This document shows positions 9,661 to 19,098 of a stretch of 64,000 nucleotides of DNA, piece by piece (position 1 is the first letter of the stretch; each line of letters begins with the position of its first letter). A model generated the notes under the pieces. It saw nothing but the letters and a program-made list of their open reading frames with translations. It was not told the DNA's origin and made no database searches. Position numbers and translations under genes: made by a program. The stretch is from a virus (Duplodnaviria > Caudoviricetes). Location of the stretch: positions 5,017 through 69,016 of the IMG/VR virus record IMGVR_UViG_2919450847_000004; one strand, given 5' to 3'.

Positions 9661-10160
9661 CGGAACAGCCCCGGGAATTGCGACGCGGTCATGCGATCGG
9701 CGGGACATGGCTCCATCTCCTCGCTCTCCCTGGCGATGGAGATTTCAATCTGATCGAGGTCAGCTTGGGCGGCGAAAGCAAACAAGCCGAGATACTCTTC
9801 CTCGATCAGCTCCGGCGAGGACGCCAGCACGAGCTGAAAATCGATCTGGCCTGGCTCGGTCGACATCATCATCGCCGCGACCATGCCGGCGCCGAGGTTC
9901 TCGAGGATCAGTTGCGTGGACACCCCCTCCTCCGTCTCGTCCGGCAACCGGGCCGCCATGGGCACGAATTCCCATTCCTGGCCCTGGCTGCGGGTGCCAT
10001 AGCGCAGCGGCTCGAGGCTGAGGCGCTCCGTAGGATCGGTCGACAGGTAGATCGGTCCGTCCGCGTCGGGATGCGTGATCTTCACCAGCACCACCGGCAC
10101 CTGATCGGTACTGTCGGCCTCCATCGCCTGCCGGATGTTTAGCGAGAGGATGCGCGGCAT
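9657..10160 (-). CDS. Minor tail protein (DUF1833 / gpL-like)
   Basis: VVLVKITHPD..PIYLS...EFVPMAARLPDE; position between distal tail and NlpC genes. Confidence 0.75.
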   Translation of the reverse strand: MPRILSLNIRQAMEADSTDQVPVVLVKITHPDADGPIYLSTDPTERLSLEPLRYGTRSQGQEWEFVPMAARLPDETEEGVSTQLILENLGAGMVAAMMMSTEPGQIDFQLVLASSPELIEEEYLGLFAFAAQADLDQIEISIARESEEMEPCPADRMTASQFPGLFR

Positions 10161-10588
10161 CAGGGCATCACCAATAGGGACAGGGTCCAGCGGAACCACG
10201 CGCCACCAAGGGCGCTTGCGCTCGGGTCGGCCTCATCTATGAGGACCAGCCACCACGCGCGCGTGAGCAATGGCCGCCCGTCCGCCGTGAGTATCGGTGT
10301 GCCGTCGGGCATGAGCAGCGGCAGGCCGTCGGTCATCTGGTTCGGAAAGAAGAACGGAATCGCGCCTTCCGCTATCTGTTCGAACCAAAAGCGCTCGAAC
10401 CGGATCGACTGACGCGCCGACAGATCGAACGCCCCCGTCACCGGCTTGGCGGATTGCGAATACCGAAGCCGAGGACGCGGCGGCCCACTATCCTTTCGCC
10501 CCAGCCGCCGCCCGCTGGCCAGGCTGCGGCCGAACCCCTCCCGGCTCATTTTCTGCGGCAGGTCGGCCGGCCAAACCGGGATCGTCAT
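10160..10588 (-). CDS. Distal tail protein (gpM-like)
   Basis: WPADLPQ...DSGPPR.R.RYS...FERFWFEQIAEGAIPFFFP; immediately after tape measure. Confidence 0.75.
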   Translation of the reverse strand: MTIPVWPADLPQKMSREGFGRSLASGRRLGRKDSGPPRPRLRYSQSAKPVTGAFDLSARQSIRFERFWFEQIAEGAIPFFFPNQMTDGLPLLMPDGTPILTADGRPLLTRAWWLVLIDEADPSASALGGAWFRWTLSLLVMP

Positions 10589-13500
10589 CGACGAAGCACC
10601 CCGGTGGTCGCGGCCAGCGCCTGACGCGACCTGGAGCCGGGCCGCGCCAGATTGCGCGAGTTCTGATCATCGAAGAAGAGGTCGATCCGTCTGTTGCCCC
10701 GGTCGTCGACATTCTCTTCCACCCGGGGCGCGCCTGGCGCGCCATGCAGGTTCACCTCGACCTTTCCACGCCCGCCGCCGATCGTGCCGCGGGCAATGTT
10801 GGCGGCGGCATCGCGCAGGGCAGCCGCCGCCTCCGGCAGGTTGTCATTCGTGCCCGCCATGCCTCCGGAAAGCGCCACCGGAATCCGCCGGCCGTCGGGA
10901 AGCGGGACATAGGCCTCGGGGCGCCGCCCCTCGCCATAGATCGCCACCTGCGGACTGTTGGCGATGCCGCCATTGGCATAAGTGCGAAGCGGCAGGGGCC
11001 CGGACGCTGTCATGACGCCGCCGTTGGCGAAGCCGAAGATACCGGCGATCCCCGACAGCAGCGAACCGCCGCCCCCGGTGAGGCCGCCGAGCAGCGATTG
11101 CAGGACACCGCCAAAACCTTGGATGAATCCGGTGCCGATCTGGCCGATCCCGCCGAGGATCTGACCGAAGGCGCCGGCCAGCCCTCCGGTGAAGCTGGTC
11201 GCGGAGGTCGCCACCGTCTGCGAGGCCTGGGTGAGCTGGCCAGCCGACGTCGTGAGCCCACCCGAAGCATCGAACGCAGTACGGCTTAAATCCCCGATCC
11301 CGGTGCCGAACTGATTGACGCCTTGGGTTGCAGTGTCCATCGCGGAAGATAGCGTCTGCGCCTGCTGCTCAACGCCCGCCGTCCCGATGCCATCCATATT
11401 GCCGATACCGGCTTTCTTGGCCCCGTACCACGCTCCCCACCCATTCTTGGAAGCATGATCGAGTGCAAAATCAACACCAGCCGGGCCATTCGCGGCAAGA
11501 CGAGGATCGAGGCCCGTCTGCTTCTGGAATTCGTTGCCGAGGCCACCGCCCATATATAGTTGATAGGGACCAAAGGACGGCTCTTGGACGCCGTTCTTCA
11601 TGACCCGCGACTGAAGGTTCCAACTATTCAGTCCGCCTTCCGACTTCGCGACGGCGAGGGCGACCTTCGGATCGATGCCCCGTGCCACGGCGGCCTTTTC
11701 GATGTACTTCGCAACATCCGTGGTGGCAGCATAATCCGAGCCGATCCCGCCCCTGCCGACTGCCGCCGTGTTGGCGCGCTGGGAAGCGACGGCATCGGAA
11801 CCAATACCGCCGCCCCCGGAGAGGCCGGCAGCGCTCCCGAGTGCACCGGAGAACGGCCCGTTGACGATCACGGTTCCGGCGGTGACTTGCATCGCGCCGA
11901 CGGCTCGACCGGCGGAAGGGACGTTGTCGTTCGATCCCGAGAGCACCTTCGTGAGATCGCCAAGGGTGCCGTAATTGGTGCCGAAAATCGAGTTCTTCAA
12001 CGGATTGACGACACTGAGCTGAATGAGCTCGCGTGAGATCGACTGAAGGACGTTGCTCCATTCGACGCTCTGCCCGTTCAGCGCGTCACCGATCGCGTCG
12101 AGAGCGCTCTCTCCCGCCTCGCGATAGCGATCCCAGGCATCCTGCGCGCGGGCCTGCACCACAGTGAGATCAGCTATCGCCGCGGCCTTCGCGCGGATCT
12201 CCGCCGCCTCCCGCGAATTCTGCCCGACGCCGGCGGCGGTTATCCGCTGCTCGGCTTCCAGTTGGGCGAGGCGCCGCGCCCGCACCTCTTCGGTCTGCCC
12301 CACCAGCGAGATTTCGAGGCGAAGCTGATCGAGCCGGTCGTTCTGATCGCGCTGGATCGACAGGGCGGCCGAGCGGCTTTCCTGACTGGCGGCCGCGGCG
12401 TACGCCTCGCGGGACTGATTGATGAGATCCAGCAGCCGGGCCCGCTCCGCCCCTTCGGCTTTCATCGCGGCGACCACAAGCGGCCGGATCTGCGCTTCGA
12501 ACTGCATTTGCCTGTTGGCGTCGCCGAGCGACACGGCTCCCGACGCCACGGCATCGTTGACCCGGCGACGGGCCTCGGTTTCCTCTTTCAGATCGGCGAT
12601 CCGCTGTTCGTAGCTGGCGAGCCCCTCCTCCAGCGCGCGAGTGCGCGCCCGGTCGGCGGCTTCGGCGGCCTTGGTCGCGTCGACTTCTTCCATCAGAAGA
12701 GCCGTCGCCTCGCGCTGGCGGATCAGGTTGGCGCGCGTGACCGGATCCCGCGCGGCGCTGATCTGCGCATCGATCTGCACCAGCTGGTTCTGAATATCCT
12801 GCGCCCGGTTGAGGCCGTCGAGGGCGCGCGTCTTCGCCTCAATGGCGCGGGCGATCTGCTCCTGTTGCTCCGCCGTCTGCCCGGTTGCCGACTGGCCGGC
12901 CCGAAGGCTGGCAATGTCCTGCTGAAGCTGAAGGCGACGGCGGGCGGTGTCGTTTGCACTCGAGTTCGCCGCGACGTCGATCGCCAACGTCCCCGCTCGA
13001 TCCAGAGACGCATCATCGACGCGACGGCTATTCTGCGCCGAGCGCCGGCGCATCTGCTCGTTGATATCGTCGATTTCGGCCCGAATGACGTCCGCGCCGG
13101 CGGGGTTCTGCACGCCAAGACGGCGGGCGCGGGTATAGACCGCCTGCAACCGCTGCTGCGCGTCGGAAAGCCGGCTTTCGAGCGTATCGCTGCTGCCGCC
13201 AAGCGCGCTGTCGATACCCTTGCCGATGCTGTCCCACGCGTTTGAGGCCGACCGGCTGAGATAATCCCATGCCCGGCCCCATGCCGTCGTCGCCTCGGCG
13301 GCGTCGACAAGGCGAGGCTTGATAGCATTGAGCATGGTGGACTGGGCTTCGGAAAGCCGGTTCTGTTGCGCCAATCGCTGCACCAGGCGTGCCGTCGCCC
13401 CATCCAGAAGACCGATCTGTTGAAGCTGTGCCGCGCCTGACGACGGATCGGCAAAGAGCTTGGCGAGCTGCGACTGGGCGCCAGACAGGTCCGTACCCAC

Positions 13501-14562
13501 AGTCGCGGCGAAATCTTTCGAGATGCCGATCAGGCCTTCGAAATTGGACACGCCGACCCGACCGGTCCGCAGGAACGCCGCCTCCATCGAGCGCGCCTCA
13601 CGAACCGAAATCTCCCCCGTGGCCGCTGCCGTCGTGGCGATGCGCTCAAGCTGGGCGGGTGCAGCGCCGAGCGCACGGCCTAGGCCAACGCTGGCAATCT
13701 GCACCTCCTTGGTGGACTGCAGGTAGTCATCCAATGCCATGCCGCCGGCAATGACCGTGGTCGCTGCGCCGGCCATGCCGAGACGCACGGGTGTGATCGC
13801 TGCGGCAACCGCACGCAAGGTATTGCCGACGCCGCCATAGATCTGGGCGATCTGCGGACCCTGCTGCAGCAGGACCATATAGGCCGATTGCCCGGTCAGC
13901 AGGCCCGGAATGACGTCTCCGCCGATCTGCTGGTAGAGCTGCGCCCGCTGCCAGGGCTGAAGCTGAGCCGTAGGCGACGCGCCGGGTGAAGACGGCCGCG
14001 CTGCGGACGCCGCTCCCATGCCGCGTAACTGGGCGCTTGCGCGCTCATTGGCGCTGATGCGCGCCGACTGCGCCGCCGTCGCCGCCCCCATCGTCGACAG
14101 GCGGGCCGTTGCCTGCTGGAGCGCATTGGCGCGCTGCAGTTCCGTCGACTGTTCAGCGATCCGCTTGTTGGTGGCATCGATAGCACTGGCGAGGCCGATC
14201 TGCCCCTTGGCGGCGATGTCGGCGGCGTTCGCGGTGAGTCCGAATTTTCGGTACAGGCCGTCATAGATGGTGGTGGCCTGTGCCGCGGTGATGTTGCCGG
14301 TCTCCACGCCCCGCCCGAGATCGCGGATCGCCTTTTCGAAGCGCTGGGCCGAGCCGGCGCCATCGACATATTGACGGGAGAGCCGAGACAGCAGGCTGGC
14401 GGAGTCGCCCAGCTTGAGATCGGTCTGCTGGATGGCCTTGCCGACGTCGGCGCTCGACTGGGCACCGGCACGATCGGCCGCAACCTTGTCAGCCATGCCG
14501 CGCAGATAGGCGGAGGCATCGACCTCCGCCGCTACGCGAAGGCTGGAAAGCTGCACGGTCAT
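10585..14562 (-). CDS. Tail tape measure protein with internal lysozyme/transglycosylase-like domain
   Basis: 1325 aa, Ala/Gln-rich helical; LLTGQSAYMVLLQQGPQIAQIYGG tape-measure motif; AVAKSEGG...FGPYQLY domain. Confidence 0.92.
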   Translation of the reverse strand: MTVQLSSLRVAAEVDASAYLRGMADKVAADRAGAQSSADVGKAIQQTDLKLGDSASLLSRLSRQYVDGAGSAQRFEKAIRDLGRGVETGNITAAQATTIYDGLYRKFGLTANAADIAAKGQIGLASAIDATNKRIAEQSTELQRANALQQATARLSTMGAATAAQSARISANERASAQLRGMGAASAARPSSPGASPTAQLQPWQRAQLYQQIGGDVIPGLLTGQSAYMVLLQQGPQIAQIYGGVGNTLRAVAAAITPVRLGMAGAATTVIAGGMALDDYLQSTKEVQIASVGLGRALGAAPAQLERIATTAAATGEISVREARSMEAAFLRTGRVGVSNFEGLIGISKDFAATVGTDLSGAQSQLAKLFADPSSGAAQLQQIGLLDGATARLVQRLAQQNRLSEAQSTMLNAIKPRLVDAAEATTAWGRAWDYLSRSASNAWDSIGKGIDSALGGSSDTLESRLSDAQQRLQAVYTRARRLGVQNPAGADVIRAEIDDINEQMRRRSAQNSRRVDDASLDRAGTLAIDVAANSSANDTARRRLQLQQDIASLRAGQSATGQTAEQQEQIARAIEAKTRALDGLNRAQDIQNQLVQIDAQISAARDPVTRANLIRQREATALLMEEVDATKAAEAADRARTRALEEGLASYEQRIADLKEETEARRRVNDAVASGAVSLGDANRQMQFEAQIRPLVVAAMKAEGAERARLLDLINQSREAYAAAASQESRSAALSIQRDQNDRLDQLRLEISLVGQTEEVRARRLAQLEAEQRITAAGVGQNSREAAEIRAKAAAIADLTVVQARAQDAWDRYREAGESALDAIGDALNGQSVEWSNVLQSISRELIQLSVVNPLKNSIFGTNYGTLGDLTKVLSGSNDNVPSAGRAVGAMQVTAGTVIVNGPFSGALGSAAGLSGGGGIGSDAVASQRANTAAVGRGGIGSDYAATTDVAKYIEKAAVARGIDPKVALAVAKSEGGLNSWNLQSRVMKNGVQEPSFGPYQLYMGGGLGNEFQKQTGLDPRLAANGPAGVDFALDHASKNGWGAWYGAKKAGIGNMDGIGTAGVEQQAQTLSSAMDTATQGVNQFGTGIGDLSRTAFDASGGLTTSAGQLTQASQTVATSATSFTGGLAGAFGQILGGIGQIGTGFIQGFGGVLQSLLGGLTGGGGSLLSGIAGIFGFANGGVMTASGPLPLRTYANGGIANSPQVAIYGEGRRPEAYVPLPDGRRIPVALSGGMAGTNDNLPEAAAALRDAAANIARGTIGGGRGKVEVNLHGAPGAPRVEENVDDRGNRRIDLFFDDQNSRNLARPGSRSRQALAATTGVLRR

Positions 14563-14584
14563 TGGGTCTATTCCCGGAGGTTGG

Positions 14585-14956
14585 CTATTCCCGCTTCCGG
14601 CTCGCCGCCTTCAGCTTTTCGCCGATGTGGACCAGCCAGACGTCGTCCATGGCTCGGAGCAGCCGATGGAAGTCATCGAACTCTTCAGCCGGCACGCCGC
14701 TGCGCTGCGCGAACGCGTCGATTGCCAAAAAGGAGATTGGCGTCTCACCGCCAAAGGCCCCATAGGAGCGATCGAACCTCAGCTGATCCCAGGCGCGGCG
14801 CCAGAGATTGGCCCATTCCGGCCATTCGGCATCCGCCGGCCGCTGGGCAACCACCGCCACATGGGCCGCGTCCGGCTCTTCACCGGCAAGATCCTGCAGC
14901 CAGTCGTCATCCGCCTTCCGCGAAATCTCATAGCGGAAGGCCTCGATCAGTTTTTT
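14585..14956 (-). CDS. Tail assembly chaperone GT, -1 frameshift extension
   Basis: Frame entered by -1 slip at A AAA AAC; RAWDQLRFDRSYG...ISFLAIDAFA...LLRAMDDVWL typical of gpT-like tails. Confidence 0.8.
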   Translation of the reverse strand, partial: KKLIEAFRYEISRKADDDWLQDLAGEEPDAAHVAVVAQRPADAEWPEWANLWRRAWDQLRFDRSYGAFGGETPISFLAIDAFAQRSGVPAEEFDDFHRLLRAMDDVWLVHIGEKLKAASRKRE

Positions 14957-15342
14957 TCCTGATCTCCGGTAAACTGCACCTTGGGAGTGCCGACCTGAGC
15001 GGCCGCGTTCTCCACCATCTGCACCAGCGGCCGGTGCTCGGGATCCGTCAGCGCCGCGACGGCCGCTTCCTGCGACCACTGGACGTCAAAGCCGCGCCAG
15101 TCCAACAGAATGTGCTCGGCATAGAGACGGCCGAAGACGGCGGCGCGCGCGTCGCGCGGGATGGGCTGATTGCCGTGGATGGCAGCCAGCTTGCGCAGCT
15201 CGATGTCGCGCGCGGCGGTATAGGGTGGATAGTTGAGCGAGCGCACGTGAAAGGCGACGCCGGGGAGTTCCGGCGCGTCGATCCATTCGCCGGACGTTTC
15301 CAGCGCGACATCGACCTTCAGGCTCGACAGGACGACAGGCAT
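14947..15342 (-). CDS. Tail assembly chaperone G
   Basis: Between tail tube and tape measure; G.WI...ELPGV.F.VRS..Y...HILLDWRG; ends in slippery sequence. Confidence 0.85.
   Translation of the reverse strand: MPVVLSSLKVDVALETSGEWIDAPELPGVAFHVRSLNYPPYTAARDIELRKLAAIHGNQPIPRDARAAVFGRLYAEHILLDWRGFDVQWSQEAAVAALTDPEHRPLVQMVENAAAQVGTPKVQFTGDQEKN
14950..14956 (-). other. Programmed -1 ribosomal frameshift site
   Basis: GAA AAA AAC TGA at the end of G contains X XXY YYZ heptamer A AAA AAC; -1 frame is open for about 120 codons. Confidence 0.85.
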
Positions 15343-15368
15343 AGAGGGCTCCTAACGTAAAGAGAGGA

Positions 15369-16832
15369 TCACGCTTCGAAATATTCGAGGCGGTCCATGA
15401 GGATGTGGGCTTGCGTGAGGGTGTCCTTCGACGCCTTGAACTCGAAGGACTGCATGACGTCCTGGTTCTTGCCGCCGGCCTGCGGCGTGCCGTTGCCATT
15501 GTACGTCACCCGCGGAAGGGTCGTGATCAAAGCCTGGCCGTTCTTACGAACGATGGAGTTGATCGAGGTCGGGGTGCCGGCGAAGAACTTCTGCAGCAGC
15601 AGATCGCTGCCAAAATAGAATTCCGCGGTGCCGGTGACCGTCGCCTCGCCATCGCGTGCGTCGACCGGCGCATCCGCCTGGAGGTCTTCGACGGCGCCAT
15701 AGTTGTTGTTGATCGTGTAGCTGAGCGAGCGAGCCCAGTTCGGCGCCGCGACCAGCGCCCCGCCTTCCGCGATCCGCCCGACATTGACGTGCGAGGCCAT
15801 GACGGCCGCGTCGGTCTCTGCGTCCGGGCTGGCATCGAGCGGGGCGCTGTTCAACGCACCGCCCATGCCGACGAACGTGACGGATCCCGTGATGATCTGC
15901 CGGTTCGTCATCGAGATGCCGAACTCGTTGGCGTGGAGGCCGTACGAGCAGATATAGGCCGGCACCGCCTGACCGAGAAAGCCCTTCTCGATCGTGTGGG
16001 CGATGCGCGTCACGCCGTTTTTGACCTGGTCGCCGACGAACACCTTTAGGGTCTTGCCGGCGCCGGCGTCGATCGCCCAGCCGGCGGGCAGGTTATCGAG
16101 TGTAAGGGCGTTGGCCGAGATCGCGATGATGCGTGCCCAACCGTTCAGCACCGCCGTCGCGAAGCGGTCTCCCGCGGCCGTGCCGCCGATCTTAATCCAA
16201 CGTCCCACGGAGAGGCCGAGCGTGGTGAAATCGAGCGCGGTCGATGCGAGCCCCGTGGCGGTGGCGGTGATGTCGCCGGCGGCGCCGGCGAAACCGACCA
16301 CCTTCATGCGGGCCGCTGCCGCCGGCGCCGCCTCATCGGCGAGCAGCGCCGCGCCGACCGCTGGCACCGTGGCGGAGCCGGTAGTGATGCGGAAGACACC
16401 GTTGTTGGCGGCGACGCCGAAGCCGCTCAGGCGCACCAGGTGCCCGACCGCGAAGGCGGCGCCGGCGGCGACAGTGATGACGCCGGTAGAGGCCGTCACC
16501 CCGGTGATGGCGCTGTCAGCGGTGCCGTCATTGTCCCGTACCGGCGTGTTCGCCCAGTCGTTGAGCATCGCGTTCGCGATGATCTCGGAGAGCGGAGAAG
16601 CGTCGACCGGATAGGACAGCTCGAAGGCCACGCCGCCGGCGCTGGACTTCATGATCATCGCGGGATCGCTGCTCATGCGATCGGCGCGGAGCTCCTCGGA
16701 ATCGGCGAATTCCGGGCGGTAGGCGAGCGTTTCGCTCCGGATCCGCATCTTGCGCATGCGGGGCGAGACCGGCGGCGTCCCGCGGGCGGTCTCGCGGACG
16801 ATGCACAGTTGCAGGCGGTTCGACGAGGTCAT
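15369..16832 (-). CDS. Major tail (tube) protein
   Basis: 487 aa; RE..RGT.P...R.RSETL, ITTLPRVTY; canonical position before chaperones. Confidence 0.85.
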   Translation of the reverse strand: MTSSNRLQLCIVRETARGTPPVSPRMRKMRIRSETLAYRPEFADSEELRADRMSSDPAMIMKSSAGGVAFELSYPVDASPLSEIIANAMLNDWANTPVRDNDGTADSAITGVTASTGVITVAAGAAFAVGHLVRLSGFGVAANNGVFRITTGSATVPAVGAALLADEAAPAAAARMKVVGFAGAAGDITATATGLASTALDFTTLGLSVGRWIKIGGTAAGDRFATAVLNGWARIIAISANALTLDNLPAGWAIDAGAGKTLKVFVGDQVKNGVTRIAHTIEKGFLGQAVPAYICSYGLHANEFGISMTNRQIITGSVTFVGMGGALNSAPLDASPDAETDAAVMASHVNVGRIAEGGALVAAPNWARSLSYTINNNYGAVEDLQADAPVDARDGEATVTGTAEFYFGSDLLLQKFFAGTPTSINSIVRKNGQALITTLPRVTYNGNGTPQAGGKNQDVMQSFEFKASKDTLTQAHILMDRLEYFEA

Positions 16833-16876
16833 GGCGGGCTCCAAGAAAAAGCCCGCCATGGCAAGGCCAGGCGGGC
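16830..16876 (-). promoter_or_regulatory. Terminator-like hairpin with a competing hairpin over the tail-tube start codon
   Basis: GCCCGCC/GGCGGGC stem plus U tract; alternative 11-bp stem 16830-16840 with 16850-16860. Confidence 0.55.
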
Positions 16877-16899
16877 ATCAGGACGGCGTGAAGGGTCGT

Positions 16900-17088
16900 T
16901 TAGGCGGCGTCGGCTTCGGCGCTCACCGGCTTGCTCTTGGCTTTCGTCGGACGGGTGTCGGGGTCGCCGACGAACCGATGGTCCGACAGGTGTTCGAAGC
17001 TATGGGGCGAGAAGTCGTCGCCCGGGTTGACCGGGTCGCCCGCCTTGAAGCGACGGTTATGGGTATTGAAGGGTTTCAGGACCTGCAT
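16900..17088 (-). CDS. Small hypothetical virion-module protein
   Basis: 62 aa, VLKPFNT..RRFKAGDPV; co-oriented in the tail operon. Confidence 0.6.
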   Translation of the reverse strand: MQVLKPFNTHNRRFKAGDPVNPGDDFSPHSFEHLSDHRFVGDPDTRPTKAKSKPVSAEADAA

Positions 17089-17100
17089 CGTGGTGCTCCA

Positions 17101-17514
17101 TCACGCGTCCAGGCGGCGCCAATCGATCGACACCGAAAGCCGCCACCAGTTACCGGAATCGTCGCCGGGCTCGCCTAAGCCGATTGAGGCGTCGAGAAAT
17201 TCCAGCGTTTCGTTCAGCAGCTGCCGCCCCCGGAACAGGTCCGCCAGGGTCTTGGCGTAGCCGCGGGCCGTCGAAGATCCCGTTCCGACCGGCACGAAGA
17301 CATGCAGCCAGAGCACGCCGTCCGCATCCCAGCGATTATCGGCCGGATCGCCGATCGACTGCTGGCCATAGAAGCTGCCCGTCACCTCGAGCATGATCCA
17401 TGGCGCCGGCGGGCTCGGCTTCTGGAAGTCCTCATTCTCAAAGGCGATCTGCGTCACCGTCCATCCGGCGATCAAGGCGTCGCGGATGGCCTGATAGACG
17501 ACGTCGTCCGCCAT
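17101..17514 (-). CDS. Tail terminator/completion protein (DUF4128-like)
   Basis: IAFENEDF.KP...PWI.LEV...GVLWLHVFVPVGTGS...AKTLADLFRG. Confidence 0.8.
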   Translation of the reverse strand: MADDVVYQAIRDALIAGWTVTQIAFENEDFQKPSPPAPWIMLEVTGSFYGQQSIGDPADNRWDADGVLWLHVFVPVGTGSSTARGYAKTLADLFRGRQLLNETLEFLDASIGLGEPGDDSGNWWRLSVSIDWRRLDA

Positions 17515-17517
17515 CGG

Positions 17518-18141
17518 TCACTGCTTCATGTTCAGGATGAGCGAGGGATAGGTCAACGGCATGCCAGCCTGACGATCGGCCCGGTTGCCCTGGCTCCGTT
17601 TCAGGATGTAGCCGCCGCGCAGCTGAAGGAATTTCAGCTGCACGCTGATCAGCGTCGCGCCGAACCGGCGAACCACGGCGGAGCCGGCATAGTCGAAGAG
17701 GAATGGCGGCACGTTCATCTTCATCGCGCCGACCTGGACCTTGCGCGCATACGGCTGGGTGTTCGTGATCACCACCTCCGCATTGGGCGGGATTTCCTCG
17801 CCACGATGTGCCCGGCGGCCATTCACGAACACGACGAACGAATTGGCATATCGTCCCGACTTCCGCGGCGACCGGCGCTCGAGTTCGTTCAGCGCGAAGG
17901 CGATGATGGGCTGCCACCAAGAGAAGACATAGAGGATCGGCCCAGGCGCCTGGACGCTCTCTTCCGGCGCGCCGGCGTGCCCGTTGACGAACCGATCGTA
18001 GATCTGCGTTCCCTCGCCCCGCGCTATGACGCCGGCAAGCTCCTGTTTCGCGAATGCCGCCAGCGCCGAGCTAATCGCCGCCGGTTCCATGCCAGCCGTC
18101 GCGAACTTGATGTCGCGGGCGAAGGTCTCGAAGCGCGCCAT
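17518..18141 (-). CDS. Neck/tail-completion protein (HK97 gp10-like)
   Basis: SPRKSGRYANSF, VITNTQPYARK; synteny. Confidence 0.65.
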   Translation of the reverse strand: MARFETFARDIKFATAGMEPAAISSALAAFAKQELAGVIARGEGTQIYDRFVNGHAGAPEESVQAPGPILYVFSWWQPIIAFALNELERRSPRKSGRYANSFVVFVNGRRAHRGEEIPPNAEVVITNTQPYARKVQVGAMKMNVPPFLFDYAGSAVVRRFGATLISVQLKFLQLRGGYILKRSQGNRADRQAGMPLTYPSLILNMKQ

Positions 18142-18479
18142 CAGCCCCTCACCCGGATCTCATAGGCGATCAGCACGCCGGCAACGCGGCGCGTGTTGTC
18201 ATCGATCGCCTGGATGGTCGTGTAGCGCCCGCGCACGACGATCCCATCGGCACCGCGTTCCTTGAACGGTACCGGAAACGGCGGGACGTCCTCGGCGAGC
18301 ACGATAAGGCGCTGGTCGCCTTGTTGGATCTGCCCGACAAGGTCGGCCGGCGCGTAGCCGAGCACCCGAGCCTTCACCGTCCGCTCGACCGGCACGGTGC
18401 CGCCGCGGCGCAACACGACATCCTCCCCGTGGCGGCGCAGCTGGCGCCGATAGGAGGCAGTCGCCTGCGCTGGTGTCAT
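18141..18479 (-). CDS. Head-closure/head-tail joining protein
   Basis: GEDVVLRR...VKARVLGY...IQQGDQRLIV; synteny. Confidence 0.7.
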   Translation of the reverse strand: MTPAQATASYRRQLRRHGEDVVLRRGGTVPVERTVKARVLGYAPADLVGQIQQGDQRLIVLAEDVPPFPVPFKERGADGIVVRGRYTTIQAIDDNTRRVAGVLIAYEIRVRG

Positions 18480-18483
18480 CGGC

Positions 18484-19092
18484 TTACACCAACCGCGGAA
18501 CTGCGTACGGCTTGAGCAACTGCGCAGCTGACGGACTGGTCAACGAATCGCCGGGACTGGGGACTCGATAGGAAAATGACCCGACGCCGTCTACCGTCTC
18601 GGCCTTCAGCAGTTCATCCCGATCGGCGCCTTCGAAATAGGCTGCCGCTTCCAAGGCAACCGCTCTTTCAACAGGCAGCGGCAACGTGGCGGCGGCCTCC
18701 GGCGGCACCGAATATCCGGCGGTGAAGATCACTTCAGCCGAAACGCCGCACCAGGCGCGCGGTCGGCCGCCAGCCACGCGACAAAGCCACTGATCATCCT
18801 GCCGGTAGCTATCCGGTGCCAGAGACGTCCCGTCGATGATGACGGAGGCGATGTTCGTCACCGGCCATTGCGCCAGCATGATCTCGCCATCGGCCAGCTC
18901 ACGGTCCGTAAAAGTCTGCCGATAGGTCTGGCGGTAGAATATTCGCTTGCAGAAGTCTGAAATCGCGGCAGAGGCGTGCTGGAGCAGCAGCGTGACCTCT
19001 TCGTCCGACAGATTTCCGAACTCCGCGAGCGCTCGCGCCCGCTCGACCGTCGTCAACACCAGGCTTGCGGCGGGAGTGACGACGGTCAGCAT
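18484..19092 (-). CDS. Head-tail connector/adaptor protein
   Basis: LTTVERAR...AISDFCKRIF...L..WPV..I.SV...V.FTAGY...LP..VERAV. Confidence 0.8.
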   Translation of the reverse strand: MLTVVTPAASLVLTTVERARALAEFGNLSDEEVTLLLQHASAAISDFCKRIFYRQTYRQTFTDRELADGEIMLAQWPVTNIASVIIDGTSLAPDSYRQDDQWLCRVAGGRPRAWCGVSAEVIFTAGYSVPPEAAATLPLPVERAVALEAAAYFEGADRDELLKAETVDGVGSFSYRVPSPGDSLTSPSAAQLLKPYAVPRLV

Positions 19093-19098
19093 GGCGCA

